Part shown: positions 40,428 through 50,602 of the stretch, in pieces
Layout: every line of letters begins with the position of its first letter
Position numbering within the stretch: the stretch's first letter is position 1
NCBI GenBank assembly: GCA_963785415.1
Contig: CAWAVB010000001.1
Location: 1,973,479-2,037,478, forward strand
Direction of reading: 5' to 3'
DNA from: an uncultured Acidimicrobiaceae bacterium
GTDB taxonomy: Bacteria > Actinomycetota > Acidimicrobiia > Acidimicrobiales > Bog-793
Length of the DNA: 64,000 nt
Notes under the pieces: generated by a model
Told to the model about the DNA's origin: nothing
The model's database searches: none
The model's input: only the letters and a program-made list of their open reading frames with translations
Program-made: the position numbers and the translations under genes

Positions 40428-41765
40428 CTACGCCAGCGCTGCCTCCACCGCCTCGCCGAGCCGGTCCTGGCCCTCGAGAAAGTCGAGGACCGTGTAGCGC
40501 GCCCGGATCCGGTTCGCCACGCGGAACGTCGTCTCGAGCGTCGCCCGGTCGAGGCCCAGAAAGCCCGGCTCCGCGGGGATCCGGGCCGCGTCGAGCGCCG
40601 CGGTGACGAGCTCGAAGAGATCCATCGCCGCGCCCGCCTGGGCCCGCGCCGCCTGCCAGCGCGCCGCGGTCCGCGGCCACGCCGAACTGTGGTCCAAGGC
40701 GAACCGGCGCTTCTCGTCCATGACGGCCCGCACCTCGGGGCCGTGGCCCGCGAACCACGACCCGGGCGCGTCGGCCTCCGCACCGTCGCCGACGGGACGC
40801 GGGGCGGCGAGCTTCACCACCGAGCCGCCGAGGGCGAATCGCTGGAGGCGCATCGCGAAGCGGGTCGCGTAGCCGACCTGGAGCCCGTGGGGACCGTGGG
40901 GCCGGTGGCCCTGGGCGGCGAGGAGGTCCCAGAAGTGCGAGGCGTGGTGCTCGCACCCGCTCGCCGGCCGCGAGCTCCCGACCATGGCGATGGCGACCCC
41001 GGACTCGACGAGCCCGGAAAGGAGCAGCGGGACCGCCTGTGGCGAGCGGTCGAGGATCTCGTCGACCCGGCTGGCGGTCTCGGCGACGGCCCCGACGACC
41101 CGCGCCTCGACCTCGGGGCAGTACCCCTCGCCGTACAGCGCGTGGGCGAGCAGCCAGTCGACCCGCGCTGTCGCCTTCCCGAGCAGGTCGCCGAGGCCGG
41201 ACCGGGTCATGTCCGGCGGGGCTGCGGCGACGGTCTCGGGGTCGGCGAAGATGGCGACCGGACAGGCGGCGGGGAACGTCGCTTTCATGCCGTGGAACTC
41301 CATCGCCGCGACGCCGGAGGCGTACCCGTCCATCGAGGCGGCCGTCGGCACGCTCACGAACTCGCGTCCCGAGCGGTGCGCGACATATCTCGTGATGTCG
41401 GTGATCACCCCGGAACCGACGGCGACGAGGGAATCGGCCGCCGTTTGGCCCAGCACGTCGTCGAGACGGCCAACGCTCGCCTCGTCGGCGAGCAGGCCGT
41501 GGCGTACCGGGAAGCACATCGTCGCTGCGCGGGTCCCCCCCGACGCAAGCTCCCGCACAACGCGGGACCCGGCCGCCTCCGCGGTGTTCGCGTCCATGAC
41601 GACGAGCGGGTTCGACCAGCGCCGTGCCCGGACGAAGGCGCCGAGCTTGTCGAACGCGCCCTCCTCGATGACGATCGCCTCGATCGGCACGCGGTGGATC
41701 GCCCCGCACGAGCAGCGCGGCGAATCCGACCCGGGGTCCGCAGGTTTCTCTGGGGCGCGGGACAC
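40428..41765 (-). CDS. araM: sn-glycerol-1-phosphate dehydrogenase (AraM/EgsA family)
   Basis: N-terminal CSCG..H, AVGSGVITD, PTAASMDGYAS, GDLLGK, SRPASGCEHHASH, HGLQVG. Confidence 0.88.
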   Translation of the reverse strand: MSRAPEKPADPGSDSPRCSCGAIHRVPIEAIVIEEGAFDKLGAFVRARRWSNPLVVMDANTAEAAGSRVVRELASGGTRAATMCFPVRHGLLADEASVGRLDDVLGQTAADSLVAVGSGVITDITRYVAHRSGREFVSVPTAASMDGYASGVAAMEFHGMKATFPAACPVAIFADPETVAAAPPDMTRSGLGDLLGKATARVDWLLAHALYGEGYCPEVEARVVGAVAETASRVDEILDRSPQAVPLLLSGLVESGVAIAMVGSSRPASGCEHHASHFWDLLAAQGHRPHGPHGLQVGYATRFAMRLQRFALGGSVVKLAAPRPVGDGAEADAPGSWFAGHGPEVRAVMDEKRRFALDHSSAWPRTAARWQAARAQAGAAMDLFELVTAALDAARIPAEPGFLGLDRATLETTFRVANRIRARYTVLDFLEGQDRLGEAVEAALA

Positions 41766-41993
41766 GTTCGGGATCTTCCTTTCGTGTTGCGCCCCCGACG
41801 GGCAACCGCCGTCGACCGCCCGGCGCGTCGGGAGGCGTGACAACAGGGTAGGCGACCGCGATCTCTAACCCTTTGGTTCCGCCGCGTTGGGCTCGCCACC
41901 CGCCCGGCTCGCCAGCCCAGGGCGGGGCGACCGTAAGGTGGTGACGCCGCCGCATCGCGTCGCGGCGGTATTCCGGACGAGACTGGAGTCGAG

Positions 41994-42650
41994 ATGATCA
42001 ACGTCTTCCTCCTCGACGATCACGAGGTCGTCCGGGCGGGCCTCCGGGATCTGCTCGAGAACGCCGACGAGAACATCGCCGTCGTCGGCGAGGCCTCGTC
42101 GGCTGAGGAGGCGCTGTCGCGGATTGCCGCGATCCACCCGGACGTCGCGATCCTCGACGTCCGGCTCGGCGCGGGGGAGACCGACGGAATCGCCGTCTGC
42201 CGGGAGATCCGATCGGCGCACCCGGAGATCGCCTGTCTCATGCTCACGTCGTTCGCCGACGACGAGGCGCTCTTCGCCGCGATCATGGCGGGAGCCGCCG
42301 GGTACCTGCTGAAGGAGGTGCGCGGTCGCGACATCGTCGGCAGCGTGAAGCGGGCGGCCCGCGGCGAGTCGCTCCTCGATCCGGCGCTCACGCAGAAGCT
42401 CATCGACCGGATGCGGACCGGGGGGCCCGAGGACGAGCGGCTGGCGCGCCTGACCTCTCGAGAGCGACGCGTCCTCGATCTCGTGGCGGAGGGCAAGACG
42501 AACCGCGAGATCGGTGCCGAGCTATACCTCGCGGAAAAGACAGTGAAGAACTACGTCTCGAACATCCTTTCGAAGCTCGGGATGCAGCGCCGGACCGAGG
42601 CCGCGGTCTTCGCGGCGCGCCTCGCCGACAAAGAGCACCGGTTGCGCTAG
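41994..42650 (+). CDS. NarL/DevR-like response regulator
   Basis: LLDDHEVVR, LDVRL, LTSFADDEAL, EKTVKNYVS. Confidence 0.93.
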   Translation: MINVFLLDDHEVVRAGLRDLLENADENIAVVGEASSAEEALSRIAAIHPDVAILDVRLGAGETDGIAVCREIRSAHPEIACLMLTSFADDEALFAAIMAGAAGYLLKEVRGRDIVGSVKRAARGESLLDPALTQKLIDRMRTGGPEDERLARLTSRERRVLDLVAEGKTNREIGAELYLAEKTVKNYVSNILSKLGMQRRTEAAVFAARLADKEHRLR

Positions 42651-42655
42651 CTGTT

Positions 42656-43570
42656 TTATCCCGTTGTCGGCGGCCCCTCGGCCGTCGCGGTGTCGCCTCC
42701 AGCGGGGCTCTGGAGACCAGCAGGAGCCGGCGCCGGAGCAGCGATCGGCCCGGGCTTCCACCGAGTGCCCAGCGTGCCCTGGGCCGCCGACTTTCCGGTT
42801 ATGCCGCCACCGGGACCCCGAAGGAGCCAGGCGATGCCGACCGCTATCACCGCGCCCACCGCGGGACCGACTAGGTATGCCCACCACGAGGTCCAGTCAT
42901 TGAGCACCAGGGCCGGCCCGAGCGACCGGACTGGGTTCATCGAAGCCCCGCTGACAGGCGCTCCCCAGAGCCCCGCCAACGCGATGTAGCTGCCGACGCC
43001 GATGGCGGCGACCGGTCCGAGCTGCTGCGCTCCGGACGCCGTCCCGAGGATGGTGCTCACCAACCCCACGGTGAGCACCAATTCCCAAAGCATCGCGGTG
43101 AGCGTCGAGATGCCATGGCCCGGAAGGGTCAGGCCAGCCGAGCCTTGTTTTCCGATGAGTGCCCAGAGCAACAACGTGGCCAGGACGGCACCAAGCAATT
43201 GGGCGGCGATGTAGCCGGGGACCCGCTTCCAAGGGAAGTCGCGCCGCAGGGCAAAGGCGATGCTGACCACGGGGTTGAGGTGAGCTCCGCCGACCGCGCC
43301 CATGAACAAGATCACGGCGGCCACCATGAGGGCCGGTGCGACGACTCGCGCTTCGTAGGGGATGGCGGTGCCGCCGAAGCGGGCGTTGACCATTCCGCCG
43401 CCGACTGCCACCAGGATCAGAAAGAACGTCCCGAGGACCTCCGAGAAAAGTCGGCGGCCCTCGTAGCGGTCGTCCCGGAAGTCGAATCGGTGGGCGGTCG
43501 CGTTCGGTGTCTCGTCGGCGTGCGTCACCGTCGCCGGTGCCGGGGCCGACGGGGACGTGTGACTGGTCAT
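42656..43570 (-). CDS. Aquaporin/MIP channel
   Basis: EVLGTF, GAHLNPVVS, SGASMNPVRSLGP. Both NPA boxes read NPV. Confidence 0.9.
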   Translation of the reverse strand: MTSHTSPSAPAPATVTHADETPNATAHRFDFRDDRYEGRRLFSEVLGTFFLILVAVGGGMVNARFGGTAIPYEARVVAPALMVAAVILFMGAVGGAHLNPVVSIAFALRRDFPWKRVPGYIAAQLLGAVLATLLLWALIGKQGSAGLTLPGHGISTLTAMLWELVLTVGLVSTILGTASGAQQLGPVAAIGVGSYIALAGLWGAPVSGASMNPVRSLGPALVLNDWTSWWAYLVGPAVGAVIAVGIAWLLRGPGGGITGKSAAQGTLGTRWKPGPIAAPAPAPAGLQSPAGGDTATAEGPPTTG

Positions 43571-44122
43571 CGGGCTGTCACGGTACGCCAGCGAGCGAAA
43601 CGCGTGCCACACCGCTGTACATGTTGATCCTCCCGTCGCGAGGAATCCGACCAAGGTCAGCTCGAACTCTGGACGAGGCCGGCGACCAACCTACTCGCCG
43701 GCGGAGACCGAGCACACGGGCGGAACCACAGCCGCGACCGCCCTCTGTGCCGTCTCGAGGCTCGAGCGGCCGCTCGGCATCACCGCGTGACCGGAGAGGG
43801 GGACTGCATGTCGATTAGCGCCACCGGGACAGTTTGTACGGGGGTTGTCCCGACCCACGCCCTCATCGGAACGTCCAGAGATTCGGTCGCGACGACGCAC
43901 CGCCCGGGATCGTCCAGATGCCGAGACGATGGCTCCCAACCAGGATGTGCCGATCCTGGTCGGTACCACCGACGCCTCGAACCCATCGGTCATCGCGGGC
44001 CCGGCTTTGCCGTCAATGTCTCTGTTTGGCGCAAATTCCCGACGGTCTGTACCCCAGTCCGCGCAGCCGCTCGCGCTTCGGTCGCGTCGAATGCCGAGGC
44101 CGGGCCCGGTCGGACCTGGTGG

Positions 44123-45316
44123 TCAGGTGGCGTCGCGGGCGAGCCGGACCCCAGCGAACATCCATCGGGCGTGCGGGGGGAAGAAATTGCGGTAGGTGCG
44201 CCGGGCGTGCCCCGGTGGGGTCGCCCGGCAGCTCCCGCGCAGGACCTGCTGGTTGACCATGAACTTGCCGTTGTACTCGCCGATCGCCCCGGCGGGGGGC
44301 GCAAAGCCGGGATAGGCGGCGTAGGGGCTGGCGGTCCACTGCCAGACCGTTCCGTAGAAACCGTTCTCGATCGCCGCCGGCTCGTCGGGCTCGGGGGCGA
44401 GCGCCTCCCACTCGCTTTCCCGCGGGAGTCTCGCCCCCGCCCAGCGGGCGAAGGCGTCGGCCTCGAACCAGCTGACGTGGACGACCGCCTCGTCGCCGGC
44501 GACGGGTTGCATTCCGGCGAGCGAGAACGTCCACCAGCTCCCGCCGTGCTCCTGCCAGTACTCGGGCGACCGCCAGCCCTGGGTCCGCACGAGGGCCCAG
44601 CCATCGGACATCCACAGGTCGGGGCGCTCGTAGCCGCCGTCGGTCATGAACGCCAGCCACTCGGCGTTCGTCGTGAGCGACTCCGACAGCTCGAACGGCC
44701 GGAGGAGCTCGTCGTGCCGGGGCGACTCGTTGTCGAAAGCGAATCCCGTCCCGTCGTGGCCCACCCCGACGATCCCCCCGTCGTGGCCGAGCCAGCGGCG
44801 CACGGGCGGGTCCCGCCGCGCCGCCGCGGCCTGCCAGGGCAGGAAACCGTAGGAGGGGGCGAGGGGATTGCGCGACAGGGCGTGCTGGATGTCCATCACG
44901 AGGAGCTCCTGGTGCTGCTGCTCGTGGTTGAGGCCGAGCACGACGAGCCCGGCCGCGCCTTCGTCGGCGTCCGCGTCGAGCAGATCGACCATCGCGGCGT
45001 CGACGTAGGCGCGGTACTCGGCCACCTCGGCGGTGCTCGGGCGGGTGATGAGACCGCGCTCCGGTCGCGGGTGCCGGGGACCGACCGCCTCGTAGTAGGA
45101 GTTGAACAGGTAGGCGTACCCGTCGCGGAAGACCTTGTAGTCCGGGGAGAGCGCGCCGAGGACGAACTCCTCGAAGAACCATGTCGTGTGGGCGCGGTGC
45201 CATTTCGTCGGACTCGCGTCCGGCATCGACTGAACGGTCTGGTCCTCCGGCCCGAGCGGCGCGGCGAGCAGCTCGGTGAGGTCGCGCACGGGGCGGTAGT
45301 CGGCGGAACCGATCAT
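44123..45316 (-). CDS. egtB: Ergothioneine sulfoxide synthase EgtB
   Basis: QSMPDASPTKWHRAHTTWFFE, FNSYY, HEQQHQEL, FDNESP, GEYNGKFM, YRNFF. Confidence 0.95.
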   Translation of the reverse strand: MIGSADYRPVRDLTELLAAPLGPEDQTVQSMPDASPTKWHRAHTTWFFEEFVLGALSPDYKVFRDGYAYLFNSYYEAVGPRHPRPERGLITRPSTAEVAEYRAYVDAAMVDLLDADADEGAAGLVVLGLNHEQQHQELLVMDIQHALSRNPLAPSYGFLPWQAAAARRDPPVRRWLGHDGGIVGVGHDGTGFAFDNESPRHDELLRPFELSESLTTNAEWLAFMTDGGYERPDLWMSDGWALVRTQGWRSPEYWQEHGGSWWTFSLAGMQPVAGDEAVVHVSWFEADAFARWAGARLPRESEWEALAPEPDEPAAIENGFYGTVWQWTASPYAAYPGFAPPAGAIGEYNGKFMVNQQVLRGSCRATPPGHARRTYRNFFPPHARWMFAGVRLARDAT

Positions 45317-46314
45317 CGCCGCACCGCGAGCGTGAGCGCGAAGTCGCCGTCGGGGTCGGTCCACGTGGTGACGGGTTCGAGGGCTGCAGAGGCGAGCTCG
45401 GTCCGCAATCCGGCGATCCGGAACTTCGTGCTGACCTCCGTGATGAGGTCCTCGCCGGCCTCGAACCCGGCAACGAGCCCGAGCTCGCGCACGGTGACGG
45501 TCTGTGCCGACCGGGCGCGAAGGCGCATCTCGATCCACTCGTGACCCTCGTCGAAGCGGGCGACGTGGTCGAAGCCTTCTGGGTCGAAATCCGCGCCGAG
45601 CTCGCGGTTGAGCACGACGAGCACGTTCTTGTCGAACGCCGCCGTGACCCCGGCGGCGTCGTCGTAGGCGGCGATGAGCCGGTCCCGGTCCTTCACGAGG
45701 TCGGTGCCGACGAGGAAGGTGTCACCGGGCGCCATCGCGGCGGCGAGGTCGCGCAAGAAACTCCTCCGCGCCGCGGGGACGAGGTTGCCGATCGTGCCAC
45801 CGAGGAAGGCGAACATTCTTCGGCCGCCGGCCGGGATCGCGCCGACGTGGCGTCGGAAGTCGCCGGCGAGGGCGTGCACCGTGACCCCCGCGTAGGCGGA
45901 GGCGACGGAGCGGGCGGCCCCGGTGAGGGTGGGCAGGGCGATGTCGAACGGGACGAACCGGGCGAGGTGCCCGGTCGCGAAAAGCGCGTCGAGCAGCAGG
46001 CGCGTCTTGTCCGAGGCACCCGAGCCGATCTCGACGAGCGTGTCGGCACCGCTCAACCCGGCGACCTCGGCGGCGTGGCGCCGGAGTATCAACCGTTCCC
46101 GACGTGTCGGGTAGTACTCGGGCAGCCGGGTGATGCGCTCGAAGAGCGCGCAGCCGACATCGTCGTAGAGCCAGGTCGGGGAGAGCCGCTTCGGCGAGGC
46201 GGTCAGTCCGTCGCGGGCTTCCTGGCGCAGCTCGGCGGCCCACTCCTCCGGGGTGACGAGGACGTCGACGACCAGATCGCGTATGGCAAGGCCGGTAGCA
46301 GGCACCGAGATCAC
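45313..46314 (-). CDS. egtD: Histidine N-alpha-trimethyltransferase EgtD
   Basis: LYDD.G..LFERITRLPEYYPTR, EIGSGASDKT, FLGGTIGN, AYDDAAGVTA. Confidence 0.95.
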   Translation of the reverse strand: MISVPATGLAIRDLVVDVLVTPEEWAAELRQEARDGLTASPKRLSPTWLYDDVGCALFERITRLPEYYPTRRERLILRRHAAEVAGLSGADTLVEIGSGASDKTRLLLDALFATGHLARFVPFDIALPTLTGAARSVASAYAGVTVHALAGDFRRHVGAIPAGGRRMFAFLGGTIGNLVPAARRSFLRDLAAAMAPGDTFLVGTDLVKDRDRLIAAYDDAAGVTAAFDKNVLVVLNRELGADFDPEGFDHVARFDEGHEWIEMRLRARSAQTVTVRELGLVAGFEAGEDLITEVSTKFRIAGLRTELASAALEPVTTWTDPDGDFALTLAVRR

Positions 46315-46379
46315 TCTAAGGAGGACCTGTCGGAATCAACGCGCCCGCGAAAGGACGGGTCGTATGAACGCCCCGCCGT

Positions 46380-47330
46380 CTACGCGCCCAGCGACCGGTC
46401 GAAGGCCTTCCAGCGCCGCTTCAGGGCGGCGAGGTCGTTGCCGAGACCCTGCAACGAACGCGCCGCGTCGAGCCGCTCGATGACGACGAGCTGGCCGGCG
46501 ATGAAGGCACACTCGAAACGCTCGCTGGCGGCCCGCGTGAGGAACGCCTCGGCGGCGAGCGCGTCACGGTGATCGCCGAGGCGGTCCTGGACCGCCGCCG
46601 CCGTCGTCGCGAGCCGCGCCGCGTGCCGGCCGAACATCCCGGCGGCGAGCTCGGAGGCGTAGCGGAGCTCCTTGGACCGGATGCGCAGGGTGTGCAGGTG
46701 CGCCTCGGTCGGCGACGCGTGGGACTGGCGTGCCGCCTCCCGGACGTTGCGCCACGGTCGACGCAGATACTGGCCCATCGCCATTCGTGGGTCGTCCTTC
46801 GCGCGGACGGTGAACGGCGGCTCCGCGTCGACGAGCCGTTCGACGTGGTTGAGGACGGTCCCGTAGCGGAGCATCGCCCGGGCGCTCGCCAGGCGGAACG
46901 TCACGTCGCTGCGCTGCATGGCGACGGCGCCGTACAGGCTCTTGAGGGCGACCGGGTCGGCATCAGGCTCGGTGTGCAGCGTGATCCGTAGCGTGAGCAC
47001 GTCGAGGTTGCGCACCTCACCGAGGAGCTGCGAGAACCATCCCATGTCGGCCCGCGCTGCGCTCGCCCACCCGGGCTCGAAGACGGCGCGGAACGTTCGC
47101 AGGAGCGATCGGATCCGCCGGAGCGCGACGCGCGCGGCGTGGAGATCCTCGGCGTCGCGCGGGTTGTCACTGCCTTCATGGTCGTGGGCGAGGAACGACT
47201 CCGCCGCACGGCGCAGCGCGTCGGCGAGGAGATCGCCGATCTGCAGATCGACGGCCGTGTCGGGAGCGGCTACGTCGGCGGCCAGAGGGGCGTTGTCCGA
47301 TGGCTCTCCGGTGAGGTAGGAGTCGAACAT
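46380..47330 (-). CDS. CHAD domain protein
   Basis: LHAARVALRRIRS, LGEVRNLDV, LHTLRIRSKELRY, QDRLGDHRD. Confidence 0.9.
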   Translation of the reverse strand: MFDSYLTGEPSDNAPLAADVAAPDTAVDLQIGDLLADALRRAAESFLAHDHEGSDNPRDAEDLHAARVALRRIRSLLRTFRAVFEPGWASAARADMGWFSQLLGEVRNLDVLTLRITLHTEPDADPVALKSLYGAVAMQRSDVTFRLASARAMLRYGTVLNHVERLVDAEPPFTVRAKDDPRMAMGQYLRRPWRNVREAARQSHASPTEAHLHTLRIRSKELRYASELAAGMFGRHAARLATTAAAVQDRLGDHRDALAAEAFLTRAASERFECAFIAGQLVVIERLDAARSLQGLGNDLAALKRRWKAFDRSLGA

Positions 47331-47507
47331 TTGTCCAGATCGTAGGCGGGAGCCGGATCGGCCGTGCTGGGGCCACCCCGTCCGGGCCCGTAACAACTCG
47401 CGTCGCGGCGCTCACATTTCGCTCATGGATTCGTCGAACCTTCCTGACAGGAGCACCGCACGATGGGGCGGTTCGTTCATCTCGGACCACTGACCAAGGA
47501 GGGCACG

Positions 47508-48224
47508 ATGAAGTTCCGGCAGATCGCACCGCTCGTCGTCGGCGCGGGGATGATGGCCATCGCGTCACTCGGCTTCCTCCCGGCGGCGTCGGCCGACCCC
47601 ACCACGACGACGGCCCCGTCGTCCCTCGTCCGGCTGCAGGCAAGGCTCGAGGCGCAACTCACCGCCCGTCAGACCCAGCTCGCCACGCTCACGACCGACG
47701 TGTCGAGCTCGACGACGCTCACCTCGTCGGACGCCGCGACCCTGTCGGCGAGCCTGACGACAGAGACCTCGAACATCAACGCGCTCCTCACCGGCGTCCC
47801 GACTGACACCCTCGCCGAGCTCCAGGCCGCCCAGCAGGCGATGTTCCAGGACAATCGGGTCTACGTCGTCATGAGCCCGCAGGTGCGCCTGACGATCGCC
47901 GCGGACACCGTCAACTCGAACGCCGGCACGATCCTGGCGAACGGCCCGACCGTCTCCGCGGCCTTGACCGCCCGCGAGACGGACCAGGGCTACGCCCGCG
48001 CCGAGGAGCTCTTCGCCTTCTCGACCGCGAAGGCGACCGTCGCCCAGTCGACGATGACGAGCGTTTCAAAGAGCGTGCTCGCACAGACCCCCGCCGGATG
48101 GCCCGCCAACGAGCGGGTGTTCGTGCGGGCGAGGATCGAGATCCTGCGGGCGCGGATCGACCTCGTCCGCGCCAGGGCCGACCTCCGGCTCGTCGAGCGT
48201 TGGATCAACCGCAACCCGTCCTGA
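47508..48224 (+). CDS. Secreted helical hypothetical protein
   Basis: RBS AAGGAGG, signal peptide ending ASA, Thr/Ala-rich coiled body. Confidence 0.75.
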   Translation: MKFRQIAPLVVGAGMMAIASLGFLPAASADPTTTTAPSSLVRLQARLEAQLTARQTQLATLTTDVSSSTTLTSSDAATLSASLTTETSNINALLTGVPTDTLAELQAAQQAMFQDNRVYVVMSPQVRLTIAADTVNSNAGTILANGPTVSAALTARETDQGYARAEELFAFSTAKATVAQSTMTSVSKSVLAQTPAGWPANERVFVRARIEILRARIDLVRARADLRLVERWINRNPS

Positions 48225-48386
48225 CGGAGGTGCGTCGCTCGCCCGCAACGGGCGGCTGAGAAGAGGGGCCCGGGTCGCACGGCTCCTCGGCATGGCGGCA
48301 GGGTCGGAGCCATCTTCCCCGTGGCTCCGGCCCTGTCGGCGCGTCCGGCACCCGGTGGCGAGCCTTCGACGGCCCGGTGAGCGGAC

Positions 48387-50504
48387 CTAGCGCGGATTGC
48401 GCCGCCGGCGCCCCATCCCGCGCTCGAGCCGCTCGGCGCGCAACGCCCGCTCCTCGTCGTCGTCGAGCGCGTCGAGGCGACGGCCCGTCGCGAGGGCGAT
48501 GAGCAGGTCGGCGAGGGCCGGGTTGCGGGCGAGGACCGGCCCGTGGAGGTAGGTGCCGAGGACCTTCCCGGCGACGGCCCCATCGACGACGCCGGAGCCG
48601 TTGCCGACGCCCGACGTGACCCGGGCGAACGGCCTCGCGCCCGGGCCGAGACGCGTGCGGGCCTGATGGTTCTCGAAGCCGCTCAACGTCGGCAGGACGA
48701 CCGGCCACCCGTCATCCCGGTACGGTTCGGCGACGACCTCCCCGACGGCGCGACGCTCCTCGCTCCGGACGGTCGCGGCGTCGACGAGGCCGACGCCGTC
48801 GTGGTCGCGTCCGTCGGCCCCGGGGAAGACCGTCCCGATGATCTGGAATCCGGCACAGACGGCGAGAATGGCTGCGCCGCCGGCGACGGCGGTAGCGAGG
48901 GCGCCGTCCCCGAGGCGCTCGGCGGAGCGGACCTGCGGTCCATCCTCGCCTCCGCCGAGGCAGTAGATGTCTCCTCCGGTCGGTAGCGCGATGTCCGACG
49001 GCGCCGCGATGAGCTCGACGGGGATCCCCCGCCAGTCGGCACGGTTCTCGAGCACCCGGCCGTTGCCGAAATCGCCGTAGGTCCCCAGCAGGTCGGGGTG
49101 GACGACGACGACCCGCAGCCGCGAGGCGTCGACGCGGTGCGGGACCACCGGGCGAGGGGTTGCCGCCGGGGCCGGCGCGGGCGTCGTGGTGGCGCGCCGA
49201 CCGGACGCGGCGGTGCGGGCGCGGCGGGCGAGGCGTCGCCGCATCTGCTGGAAAGCCGTGTAGTTGCCGATGTAGTCGACTTCCCCCGTTCCGGCGATCT
49301 CGACCGCGCGCAGTGGATCCGCCTCGACGACGTGACGTGCCCCGGCGTGGCGGAGCCGGACGGCGAGGTCGAGGCGGCGGTCCCCGGTCGCGACGACGAA
49401 CCGGTCGCCGATCCGTTCGAACGGGACGTCCCACAGCCACGACGGGTCGTGGCCGTCGGCGGAGCGGGCGTTGATGCCGATGACGAGGGGTCGGCGGTCC
49501 GCCTCGACGAGCCCGAGGAGTTCGGTCCAACCGGCCGGGTTCTTGGCGAGCATGAGGCGGACGGTGCGGCCGCGGTGCACGACGACGGCGAAACGCCCGG
49601 CGACCTCGCTCACGCGGCGCGCCGCGGCGAGCGCCTCGCCGACGGCGACGCCGAACGTGCCCGCCGCCATCGCCGCCATCGCGGCGTTCGCCCGGTTGAA
49701 ACGCCCCGGGACCGAGATCTCGATGTGGTGCGACGTGCCGTCAGCGAGGAGGAGGTCCTCGCCGACGACGGACGCGGCGGGCTCCGGACGGGCGAAACCG
49801 CACGTGCAGTGCCAGGTCGCGCTCGCCGTCGCGAGGCTCGGGGGTCCGAAGCTGATGCGGGAGTCGCACACCGGGCAGTGGTAGGCATCCTCGTGCCAGA
49901 GGGAGCCGGCGGCGACCCATACGACCCGACGGGCCTGGCCGGCGGCGTAGGCGACGAGAGGGTCGTCGGCGTTCGCCACGACGGTCGTGTCGAGATCCTC
50001 GAGGGCGCGGCGCCAACGCGCCGCCACCATCCGGACCTCGCTCATCCGGTCGAGCTGGTCGCGGGAGAGGTTGAGCAGCACGACGACGTCCGGGTCGAGG
50101 ACCTGCGCCGCGATCTCCAGATACCGCTCGTCGACCTCCAAGACGGCGGGCGCGCCGGCGGGCGAGTTGGCGAGCGCGCTCACGAGACCCGCGGGCATGT
50201 TCGCCCCGAATCCTGACGAGGCGACCGCCCGCGGTCCGCCGAGCGCCTCCACGAGAAGCCGCGTCGTCGTCGTCTTGCCATTCGTCCCGGTGACGAGGGC
50301 GACCCGGCGGGCGCGGCCGAGCGTCTCGAGGAGGTCGGGATCGATGAGGAGGCCGACCCGACCGCCGACCGTCGAACCGCTGCCGAGCCGCAGGACGCGC
50401 GACAAGCGGCTCGTGGCGCGTAGCGCCCGCGTCGCGAGGGCCGTCCTCAGCGCCTCCACCGGTTCCAGAGCCATCACGCCAGCCCCTCGGTCCGTTCCCG
50501 CCAT
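48387..50504 (-). CDS. Fused MurT-GatD lipid II amidotransferase
   Basis: MurT part: TGTNGKTTT, LEVDE, NLSRDQLDR, CPVC..CTC, LAKNPAG, SWLWDVPFE, NYTAF. GatD part: GTYGD.GN, GGGED, VCAGFQ, GFENH, TYLHGP. One ORF. Confidence 0.92.
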   Translation of the reverse strand: MAGTDRGAGVMALEPVEALRTALATRALRATSRLSRVLRLGSGSTVGGRVGLLIDPDLLETLGRARRVALVTGTNGKTTTTRLLVEALGGPRAVASSGFGANMPAGLVSALANSPAGAPAVLEVDERYLEIAAQVLDPDVVVLLNLSRDQLDRMSEVRMVAARWRRALEDLDTTVVANADDPLVAYAAGQARRVVWVAAGSLWHEDAYHCPVCDSRISFGPPSLATASATWHCTCGFARPEPAASVVGEDLLLADGTSHHIEISVPGRFNRANAAMAAMAAGTFGVAVGEALAAARRVSEVAGRFAVVVHRGRTVRLMLAKNPAGWTELLGLVEADRRPLVIGINARSADGHDPSWLWDVPFERIGDRFVVATGDRRLDLAVRLRHAGARHVVEADPLRAVEIAGTGEVDYIGNYTAFQQMRRRLARRARTAASGRRATTTPAPAPAATPRPVVPHRVDASRLRVVVVHPDLLGTYGDFGNGRVLENRADWRGIPVELIAAPSDIALPTGGDIYCLGGGEDGPQVRSAERLGDGALATAVAGGAAILAVCAGFQIIGTVFPGADGRDHDGVGLVDAATVRSEERRAVGEVVAEPYRDDGWPVVLPTLSGFENHQARTRLGPGARPFARVTSGVGNGSGVVDGAVAGKVLGTYLHGPVLARNPALADLLIALATGRRLDALDDDEERALRAERLERGMGRRRRNPR

Positions 50505-50602
50505 TTGCTGGTCCGCCCGAAAACGCTAGAGGCTGACGCCGCGGGCTACCGGCACCCCGCGGATCGTGCGCACCGCCGACCGGTGCCGGGTACCGTCGGT
50601 CG

